From an uncultured delta proteobacterium (GTDB lineage: Bacteria > Myxococcota_A > Polyangia > Fen-1088), in NCBI GenBank assembly GCA_963755125.1, contig CAVWIP010000008.1:1-64000 (forward strand): a stretch of 64,000 bases of DNA, given 5' to 3'. Positions 1-7,958 of the stretch are shown here, in pieces (position 1 is the stretch's first letter; each line of letters starts with the position of its first letter). The notes under the pieces were generated by a model. It was not told where the DNA came from, made no database searches, and was given only the letters and a program-made list of their open reading frames with translations. The position numbers and the translations under genes were made by a program.

Positions 1-213
1 GGCGCGAGAGAACAGCGATCACGATGCATGAGGCGGTGAGTGGTCTGGTCATGATGGTCCAGTGGTGGCAACTGTGCATTCTCTTCTACACACCCGGAGA
101 TCGTCGCTCAGCCGGAGTGCCTCCGTCCGGTGCCAGAAGATCTCCTGCCTCGGGTCTCGGCCGAAGGTCGACGCTGGGAAGTCGACAAATCTTGTGCCCC
201 GCGGATGGCACCG

Positions 214-1184
214 TCATGGTCGCCTCTCGGTGCCGCTCTTTCCACCCGACGCGGCGAACGGTGGGAACAGGAAATTGGGCACATGGGACCAGTCGCCAAT
301 CAGAATGTGCGTGTTCTCGCCGCCGAGAGCCTCCAGTGCCTTGTAGCCCCTGAGCATCACCGCCAGCGGGGTGAGCGCCTGGTTTTCTGCCCTGGCCTGT
401 TCGGCTTTCGCCCTCGCGACGAGCTTCGACTCTTCGGCCACAGCTTTCGCCTGGATAACGCGTCTCTCCGCTTCCGACTCCGCCCGGATTTTGTCGAGCG
501 TAGCCTGGGCCTTGGCAACCTCCGCTTCCTGCTGCTTTGCCCTCAGCGCCGAATCAGCACTGATCCGGGCTTGCTCGGCCTTGTGTTCGAGATCGATCTT
601 GCTGCGCATCGCCTCGTTCTCAAGAAGCGTCTTCTGCCAACCGGCGTCCTGTTCGGCCGCCAACTTGTCCCGTATCGCACGTGCGATTTCCGGCGCGTAC
701 TGAATTTCTTCGAGGGTCACTGAAGCGATTTCCACGTGCTTGCCAGTGGTGCGCCGCCGCAAGTCGGCCTCGATCTCGTCCTCGATCTGTTCATTCTTTC
801 GCAGCAACTCAAGGTACGAATGGCGCGCAAAAACCCCGCGGGCTGCACTCCGGAACTCAGGGCCAATCACCTCTCGGTAGTAGTCGGTGCCGATTTCAGT
901 GTCGAGATTGTAGAGTTCCGAGATGATGGGTCGGTAGATGACCGCCAGACGCAGGTTGAGTTGGAGGCCCTCGGCCGATGTCGTCTGGACGTCCTCATCT
1001 TTTGTGGAATAGGTGACGTCGAAGTCTTCGATGCGATCGAACGGCCCGGTCCAGTGCCGACCGGGCGTCAGCACCTCGTGCTGCAACCCGTGCCTGACGT
1101 CGAAGTAAAGACCGCGATGCCCCGGATCGACGGTCGCACAGCCGAACGCGGACACTGCCAACAGCAACAGAATGCTACGCATGT
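214..1184 (-). CDS. SPFH/band-7 (prohibitin/HflC-like) lipoprotein
   Basis: ORF 214..1248, trimmed to internal Met MRSILLLLAVSAFGC (lipobox LxxC); band-7 core followed by long Ala/Glu/Lys/Gln-rich coiled-coil tail typical of HflC/prohibitin. Confidence 0.75.
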
Positions 1185-1190
1185 TCCCTC

Positions 1191-1724
1191 CTATGGATTG
1201 AGTTCTTCGAGCCATCCGGCGAGATCGCGGGCCATGCGATCCAGGCATCGAAACACGACGCCCGACCCATCACCGTCGGTCACGACGTCGGAGACCTTGC
1301 AGTACCCACCCGTTTGACCGAGATGGATCTGTCCCTGTGCTCCTCGCACGGTCACCCGCGTCTCGATCTCGACAGTCAAGCGCCCGGCCTGTATCTCGGC
1401 CTCGGTGCGGATGATCTCGACCAGCATCTGCCAACCCCCGATGCGCTCCGCACGATGGCGTTCGACCCAAGATGTGGCTGCCACCGCGACGGAGCGGCTG
1501 GCCGCACTGCTGAGACCACCGTAGGCCACCCGACCGCCTCGCACCGGCATCGGATCGGAGCCGCCGGCCAAAGACGCGATGACCTCCAGGGGCTGGCTCG
1601 TCGCGGGTGGCAACATCGACCCCGCATTGGGTTGGAGCTGGATGAGCCGAGGGCTGCACCCCGCAAGGATGAGGTAGAAGAAGCACGCAGAGCTCGCGGC
1701 GACTCGATCTCGTATCACCAACAT
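1191..1724 (-). CDS. hypothetical lipoprotein, immediately upstream of SPFH gene (same strand, 6-nt gap); possible NfeD-like partner
   Basis: ORF 1191..1859 trimmed to MLVIRDRVAASSACFFYLILAGCS signal/lipobox; beta-rich C-terminus; operon arrangement with SPFH. Confidence 0.45.
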   Translation of the reverse strand: MLVIRDRVAASSACFFYLILAGCSPRLIQLQPNAGSMLPPATSQPLEVIASLAGGSDPMPVRGGRVAYGGLSSAASRSVAVAATSWVERHRAERIGGWQMLVEIIRTEAEIQAGRLTVEIETRVTVRGAQGQIHLGQTGGYCKVSDVVTDGDGSGVVFRCLDRMARDLAGWLEELNP

Positions 1725-1865
1725 GGCGAAAGCGCTGTGCAAACGCGGCGCCAAGCCGGCCGGTTGAATCGGCGTCGATCTTGAACAGTTTTCTGGGGCA
1801 CTACGCCCCGTGGGGCATGATTCCCCGCCTCGACGGACCGGATTTCTCAAAGAGTCCAAGTCGGC

Positions 1866-3218
1866 ATGCCGGGCACGCCGGTTGCAATGTCGCCAAGCAT
1901 GGATACCTTCGACCCATACCCCACCTTTGCGGCACGCCTGAAGGCGACTGGGCTACTTTCCGACCCATGGCTCGACGGAAAGCCAAGGTTTCGACGGCAG
2001 CCACTCGTGCTCAGCGCCAGCGATCTGGCTGACCTCTACCAGGCGGCCGAGGGAGTCTTGGCGGTGCTGCACGAGTTAGCGGTGCTTTGCACGGCCGAGC
2101 CTCAGTTGGTCCAGCACTGGTTCGGCCTCACCCGCGCACAGCAAAGCATGTGGGCGGCATCAGCGCCAGCATGGCACGGCATCGCACGCGCGGACGTGTT
2201 CGTGACCAGAAACGGACCCGTGGTCTGCGAGGTGAATTGTGATACACCCAGCGGCGAGGCAGAGGCGGTGGAACTCGGAGCTATCGCCACAGCGGAACAG
2301 TCCGAGTATTTCGATCCCTGCTTGGATCTGGGAGATCGTCTATGTGGGTTGGTCGAATCCTTGGCCCCGACGAGGGCAGAAAGACTTGTCGTAGGGTTCG
2401 TCTATCCTACGGAGTTTTCCGAGGATCTGTCGATGGTGTCACTTTACCGGCGCTGGTTTGAGAGACGTGGCTGGCGCGTCGTCCTCGGCTCCCCGTTCAA
2501 TCTTCGCGCCACCTCCGACGGTGGTGTTGCGCTATTCGGCTCTCGTTGTGATGTGCTGTTGCGCCACTACAAGACGGACTGGTGGGGCGAACGCCTGCCC
2601 GTTTGGCGAGATGAACCCGCGTATCCCGATCCCGCGCCGCTGGTTGGTCCGCTCGGTTTGGTGCTGGGGGCTGTGCTGCGCGGACGAGTGGGCGTGGTGA
2701 ACCCGTTCGGCGCTGTGCTTGCGCAGAACAAGCGGACTTTTGCCTTCATGTGGGAGGAGATGGACCGTTTTCCGGTCTGGGCACGAGAGATCATCCGGTA
2801 TTTCGTGCCCAGAACACTGCGCATGGAGGTGCTTGCACCCGAGACCTTGCTTGGCGAGCGGATGGGCTGGGTGCTCAAGTCTGACTTCGGCTGCGAAGGA
2901 GCCGAAGTCGTGGTGGGCGCAGAGGTCGACGAGGAGTTGTGGGCGGCAGCCGTGCGCCAGGCAGTGCCGCAGCGGTGGATAGCGCAACAGAGGTTCAGCC
3001 CTTGCCGCGACGAGGACGGGGCAGCAGTCAACTACGGCGTCTACCTGATTGGCGGCAAAGCAGCAGGTCTCTTCTGCCGCATCCAGGCCACGGCGACGGA
3101 TCGGCGGGCGGTTGCCGCGCCGGTACTGGTCGCACGCGGACCCGATCAGACACGCTCGGCAAGCGACATCGTCGGAGGCACGTCGGCACGAGGCTCCTTA
3201 TACGCGAGGTGCCCATGA
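1866..3218 (+). CDS. glutathionylspermidine-synthase-like ATP-grasp protein (YgiC/YjfC family)
   Basis: 450-aa ORF; motifs VNCDTPSGEAEA (cf. ENNADTPTS pre-ATP-grasp motif of YgiC), LKSDFGCEGAEVVV (cf. KPIFSREGANVSI), FMWEEMDRFP; family assignment from recalled E. coli YgiC sequence. Confidence 0.75.
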   Translation: MPGTPVAMSPSMDTFDPYPTFAARLKATGLLSDPWLDGKPRFRRQPLVLSASDLADLYQAAEGVLAVLHELAVLCTAEPQLVQHWFGLTRAQQSMWAASAPAWHGIARADVFVTRNGPVVCEVNCDTPSGEAEAVELGAIATAEQSEYFDPCLDLGDRLCGLVESLAPTRAERLVVGFVYPTEFSEDLSMVSLYRRWFERRGWRVVLGSPFNLRATSDGGVALFGSRCDVLLRHYKTDWWGERLPVWRDEPAYPDPAPLVGPLGLVLGAVLRGRVGVVNPFGAVLAQNKRTFAFMWEEMDRFPVWAREIIRYFVPRTLRMEVLAPETLLGERMGWVLKSDFGCEGAEVVVGAEVDEELWAAAVRQAVPQRWIAQQRFSPCRDEDGAAVNYGVYLIGGKAAGLFCRIQATATDRRAVAAPVLVARGPDQTRSASDIVGGTSARGSLYARCP

Positions 3219-4555
3219 ACAAGAATGACGACAGCGAGGGTCGCGTTCATCACAGTGGTCGCGGCGATGGCTACAATGCACAGGAGCACGGCGCGAACAG
3301 CGTCGCGTGGTGGCGCGAGGCCAGGGCCTGTGCCCTCGATCCGCTCTATCGTGCGGCCCTTCTGCGGCACTTCTCCTTGCTTGGTCTCGGTCTTGGGACG
3401 CTTGGCTGCACGGAGATAATGTGGCTGTCCAGCACCCATGGCGACCCAGATCCAGGGGCCACGGAACAGAATGCGCACGAAGATAAGAGCAACGAATATC
3501 CGCAGCCCTGGTATTTTCCAGGAGCGCTCGAAACCGATGTTCGCGGGAGTGGGCGCTGGATGGCGATGATTCCCGATCTCGCCGCCAGGCTTGCTCCCGC
3601 GCGGGACGTGCTCTTGCCCTTCTACCGTCCGACTTTGTTTCAGACGTTGGTGGTCGAGCAGAGCAACGATCTGCGCGCGCTGATAACGCCCGTCCACACC
3701 CTCGACATGTGTCGGGCCTATTCACGCGGGCGCGGTCTTCTTTCACTGTTCGTGCGCAGAGGTCTGCCCGTGGATACAGCGGTCATCATCGACGCCCCCG
3801 GTCCCGAGGCGGTCGCGGCCGGGACGGCACTCGCAGAGCAATTTGATCCCGTGTTCATTTTTGACAACTGGCCGCACCCACGCGGCGTAGTGCCGTCGCA
3901 CGTCACGCTGGCCGCCGCACTGTACTTTGCCCCGGAGCTTGAAGACGTCCAGCGCGCGCGGTCTGTGCCTCGCCCCCCAGTCTTTGTCCTCGATAGCAAC
4001 CGTTTGACCCGCTACATCGATGCCGCCGGAGACTTCGACAATCGATACACGGTTGAGCTGCCTGATCCGCAGGCGTTCCAGCGGTTGGGAATTAGGCATC
4101 TCGTCTACGTAACTGGTCGAGCGAGAGAGACCGAACTCGACGATCTCAACGGTGATTTTGTCGTGTTGGCCGAAAGCGGAATCGACATCAGGCTGCTCGC
4201 GCTGGATGATTTTCGTCAAGCCGGCGGCGAGCGGACCTGTGGCGGGCAAGACGCCCAGCCCTTTCTGTTCGGCGGAGACGAGGAGACGGACCAACTATTC
4301 TGGAATTGGTACGCGGGTTCGCCATCGATTCCCGCGCCCCCTTGGCTGTGGCCACGCACGCACTATCGCCCGACCAGGCGGCCCACCTTCCTCGGTGGGC
4401 CGGCTCCCGTGGCCGGCGGCCATCCGCGGTCAGCCGGCGGCCAAGGGGGACCGCCATCTTGGGGCTCGCGGTCGGGCAGCGCTATCGCTCCGCACTTCGG
4501 CGGTCCTGTGCGCAACGGCTCGCTCGGGCGCTCGCATTTCTCCTTTTCCTCGTAG
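3215..4555 (+). CDS. hypothetical protein (446 aa), translationally coupled to ATP-grasp gene
   Basis: ATG at 3215 overlaps upstream TGA (ATGA, 3215-3218); same frame as listed ORF 2939..4555; no recognisable domain; C-terminal ~90 aa Pro/Gly/Arg-rich low-complexity tail. Confidence 0.55.
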   Translation: MNKNDDSEGRVHHSGRGDGYNAQEHGANSVAWWREARACALDPLYRAALLRHFSLLGLGLGTLGCTEIMWLSSTHGDPDPGATEQNAHEDKSNEYPQPWYFPGALETDVRGSGRWMAMIPDLAARLAPARDVLLPFYRPTLFQTLVVEQSNDLRALITPVHTLDMCRAYSRGRGLLSLFVRRGLPVDTAVIIDAPGPEAVAAGTALAEQFDPVFIFDNWPHPRGVVPSHVTLAAALYFAPELEDVQRARSVPRPPVFVLDSNRLTRYIDAAGDFDNRYTVELPDPQAFQRLGIRHLVYVTGRARETELDDLNGDFVVLAESGIDIRLLALDDFRQAGGERTCGGQDAQPFLFGGDEETDQLFWNWYAGSPSIPAPPWLWPRTHYRPTRRPTFLGGPAPVAGGHPRSAGGQGGPPSWGSRSGSAIAPHFGGPVRNGSLGRSHFSFSS

Positions 4556-4643
4556 ATGGCAGGCGATGCCTGGATGCGCTCTGCGTCCGAGTTCGACGCG
4601 GTCGATCCCAACCATGGCAAAATCGGGCTAAGCTGGATCCACC

Positions 4644-6140
4644 GTGCGCTTGACTCTCAAGCTTGCTCTCGCACTCTTGCCCGGCATCTTGGTTGTGCTG
4701 GCCGCGTCGGCCTATCTAGAAATGCGCCGTGACGTCGCAAGTTTCGATGTCGATTCCCGGCAAGACGACATGATGATTGGCAGGGTCTTCACCGCGGCCA
4801 TAAAGAGGATTTGGGACAGCAGTGGGCACGACCAAGCGGTCGCGTTCGTCGGGGATGCGTTGGCCGCCGGGCACACGAGTCCTCGGTTTCGCTGGCTGGA
4901 AGCCGGCGCGCTAGAGCGCAAGGGAAGTATGCCTTTCGGTCTTCCACCTGGCTCAATGAGCGCGCTATCCCAGGGCGAGGAAGTGGTGCGCGAGCAGAGG
5001 GATGCGTCGCCTGGCACGCTGTTCGTCTATGCGCCCTTGCTTCGCGGTGGCCGGCTTGCCGGTGTGCTTGAAATCTCGGAACCGCTCACTGACAAGCGAC
5101 GATACGCCGAACGCATCGGCTTGAGTACGGTCGCCACGACCGCCTCGCTGGCGGCGGTTTGCTTGCTGATGACCACTGTGCTCGGCGTGTGGCTGGTGGG
5201 ACGCCCGATCAAGACTCTGATCAAGAAGGCCCGCCGGGTTGGAGCAGGTGACTTCTCCGGCCACTTGCAGATCCCCCATGCCGCCGAGATCGGCGAGTTG
5301 GCGACGGAAATGAACCTGATGAGCGAGCGCTTGGCCGACGCGGGCAAGCAGCTCGCCGCGGCCACCACAGCGCGGATCGCTGCCATCGAGCAGCTGCGTC
5401 ATGCCGATCGACTGAGCACGGTGGGAAAGCTGGCTTCGGGCATCGCCCACGAACTCGGCACACCGTTGAACGTGGTTTCAGGACGCGCCCAGCTTATTGC
5501 AGAGTCGGTGCAAACAGGGGGTGGGGACAGGATTGGCGCGGCCGCAATCTTGGATGTAACTGACAACGTCCGGATCATTGTCGAGCAGACGCGCCGGATG
5601 AGTGCGATCATCCGCCAGCTCCTCGATTTCGCCCGCCGTCGCGGAGTACAGAAAGCGTCGTATGATTTGCGCCAGCTCGTGGCCCAGACCGTAGCAATGC
5701 TGCGAACCCTCGCCGAACAACGAGGCGTCGGCTTGGCGATAGAGGCAACAACCGTTCCGGCGTTTGCGCAGGTCGATGCTTCTCAGATCCAGCAGGTGCT
5801 GACCAATGTCGTCGTCAACGCCATTCAGTCCATGCCGAAGGGAGGCACGGTCACCATTTCGCTTCGCCCGTCGAGCGCCGTCCTGCCGCCAGGTGCAGAA
5901 GTCGTCGAAGCCGAGCGATTTGAAATCGTCGTGCGAGACGAGGGCGATGGCATCGCCCCTGAGGTACTCCCCCATATTTTCGAACCCTTCTTCACCACGA
6001 AGGCAGTGGGGGAGGCCACCGGGCTCGGATTGTCGGTCGCCTACGGCATCGTGCAAGAGCATGGCGGGTTCATCACCGTCGAGAGCGAGTTGGGTCGAGG
6101 AAGCCGATTCGCCATCCATTTGCCGCGGGGTGAGTCGTGA
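4644..6140 (+). CDS. sensor histidine kinase (2 TM, periplasmic loop, HAMP, HisKA, HATPase_c)
   Basis: GTG start; TM LLPGILVVLAASAYL and LAAVCLLMTTVLGVWLVG; H-box IAHELGTPLN; G-box GLGLSVAYGIVQEHGG. Confidence 0.85.
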   Translation: MRLTLKLALALLPGILVVLAASAYLEMRRDVASFDVDSRQDDMMIGRVFTAAIKRIWDSSGHDQAVAFVGDALAAGHTSPRFRWLEAGALERKGSMPFGLPPGSMSALSQGEEVVREQRDASPGTLFVYAPLLRGGRLAGVLEISEPLTDKRRYAERIGLSTVATTASLAAVCLLMTTVLGVWLVGRPIKTLIKKARRVGAGDFSGHLQIPHAAEIGELATEMNLMSERLADAGKQLAAATTARIAAIEQLRHADRLSTVGKLASGIAHELGTPLNVVSGRAQLIAESVQTGGGDRIGAAAILDVTDNVRIIVEQTRRMSAIIRQLLDFARRRGVQKASYDLRQLVAQTVAMLRTLAEQRGVGLAIEATTVPAFAQVDASQIQQVLTNVVVNAIQSMPKGGTVTISLRPSSAVLPPGAEVVEAERFEIVVRDEGDGIAPEVLPHIFEPFFTTKAVGEATGLGLSVAYGIVQEHGGFITVESELGRGSRFAIHLPRGES

Positions 6141-7498
6141 GCGGGCGTATTCTGGTGGCCGACGATGACCGCAGTATGTGCGAGTTGTTGCAGGCGGGGC
6201 TTGCGCGGCGGGGATTCGAGGTGTCTTGGCGCACAGATGCCACTACGGCGCTCGCGGCCATCTCCGAGGGCGACTTCGACGTGATCGTCACGGACTTAAA
6301 CATGCCCGAAGTCAACGGGCTTGAGCTGTGTGAGAGAGTGACTGCGAACCGACCCGATGTGCCGGTCGTCGTCATCACCGCGTTCGGGAGCTTGGATACC
6401 GCCGTCGCCGCAATCCGCGCCGGTGCCTACGACTTCATCACCAAGCCATTCGAGATGGATGGGCTTCGCCTGACTCTAGATCGGGCCGTGCAGCACCACC
6501 GACTGCGTGACGAAGTGAAGCGACTGCGCCAAGCAGTGACCGAATCACGCGGCTTCGGCGAAATTTTGGCCAACAGCCCGCTGATGCGGCGGGTATTGGA
6601 CTTGGTCAATCGTGCGGCGGAATCAGACGCCACGGCGCTCATCACCGGCGAAAGCGGGACGGGCAAGGAACTGGTTGCGCGCGCTCTGCATCAGCACAGC
6701 CGTCGCCACGACGGTCCCTTCGTCGCGGTGAGCTGCGCCGCCATGCCGGAAGCGCTGCTCGAAAGCGAGCTGTTTGGCCATGTGCGCGGCGCATTTACCG
6801 ATGCCAGAACCCCGCGCACCGGCCTGCTTCTCCAGGCAAACGGCGGAACCCTGCTGCTCGACGAGATCGGTGATATGCCGTTGGGCTTGCAGCCCAAGTT
6901 GTTGCGCGCTATCGAGGACCGACGCCTTCGTCCGCTCGGCGAGAACACCGAACGGCCCTTCGATGTTCGATTGGTGTGCGCCACCAATCGTGACTTGGAG
7001 GCCGACATCGAGGAGAATCGGTTTCGCGCCGACCTTTTCTATCGCATCAACGTCATTCATGTCGAGCTTCCACCGCTACGCGCACGCGACGGCGATATTC
7101 TGCCGCTGGCACAGCACTTCGTGCAGCACTTCAGCCGAGCCGCTGCGAAACCGGTTACTGGCGTCTCAACCGCGGCGGCGGAGAGGCTGCTGGCCTATAC
7201 ATGGCCGGGCAACGTGCGCGAGTTGCGGAACTGTATTGAGCGCGCAGTGGCCCTGACGCGCTTCGAAGAGATCGCTGTCGAAGACTTGCCTGAGAAGGTG
7301 CAAAACTATCGCCAGTCGCGCGTCGTGGTGGATCTTGATGACACCGCCCACCTCGCCAGCATGGAAGAAGTAGAGAGGCGCTACATCCTTCGGGTGCTAG
7401 AAGCAGCGGGAGGTCAGCGCACGAAGGCAGCGCAGATTCTGGGCCTCGACCGCAAGACCCTCTATCGCAAGCTTGAGCGCTGGGGGGTGAGCGAGTGA
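6137..7498 (+). CDS. sigma-54-dependent response regulator (NtrC family: REC, AAA+ sigma-54 activator, Fis-type HTH)
   Basis: GTGA overlap with kinase stop; REC ILVADDD...DLNMPEVNG; Walker A GESGTGKE; GAFTDA motif; C-terminal HTH QRTKAAQILGLDRKTLYRKL. Confidence 0.9.
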   Translation: MSGRILVADDDRSMCELLQAGLARRGFEVSWRTDATTALAAISEGDFDVIVTDLNMPEVNGLELCERVTANRPDVPVVVITAFGSLDTAVAAIRAGAYDFITKPFEMDGLRLTLDRAVQHHRLRDEVKRLRQAVTESRGFGEILANSPLMRRVLDLVNRAAESDATALITGESGTGKELVARALHQHSRRHDGPFVAVSCAAMPEALLESELFGHVRGAFTDARTPRTGLLLQANGGTLLLDEIGDMPLGLQPKLLRAIEDRRLRPLGENTERPFDVRLVCATNRDLEADIEENRFRADLFYRINVIHVELPPLRARDGDILPLAQHFVQHFSRAAAKPVTGVSTAAAERLLAYTWPGNVRELRNCIERAVALTRFEEIAVEDLPEKVQNYRQSRVVVDLDDTAHLASMEEVERRYILRVLEAAGGQRTKAAQILGLDRKTLYRKLERWGVSE

Positions 7499-7958
7499 AC
7501 ATCTGAGCGGCCGTGCCGGCTACCCAAGGTATCCGCGTGAGATGACAGCGGAAACCTGAGACAATGGGCAGCTCGACTGGCGTCGCCTTCCACTAGCTCC
7601 ATCCCCAACCGCAGGAGGTTCTCGCCAAGGGCCTCGAAGCACCGGGCGCCGCGAACTACGTGGCCGCGTCGCCTGTGTCATGGCCAGGCCCGCCAAGAAG
7701 GCGCGAATCGGCTGCCGGCCAGCCTGGCCGCCATGTAACACCTCGTCAACGGTCAGCGGGCGAAGCCAACATAGCAAACGCCGACGTTGTCGTGGGCCAT
7801 CTGGTTGCAGCTCCAAACGTGGGCAACCGGGATTCCAGGTCACCCTGTCGGTGGAAGCCTGACCTGGAGAATCATAGAGGTCCGAGCGTGAGGTTGCTCC
7901 TGCGTACGGAAGTCGTAGGAATGTCTTCGCTCGCAGCCAGGTTCGTCTCGCGGTCGCT

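Noticed and set aside
1730-1865. Possible sigma-54 promoter CTGGGGCAC..N..TGGGGCA upstream of ATP-grasp gene
   Set aside because: Spacing and -12 element (TTGC) do not fit the TGGCAC-N5-TTGCW consensus
7499-7958. 460-bp gene-free region (ORFs 7660..8139, 7680..7862)
   Set aside because: ORFs lack RBS and motifs and overlap each other; region kept unannotated as intergenic/regulatory, possible small RNA not demonstrable by eye
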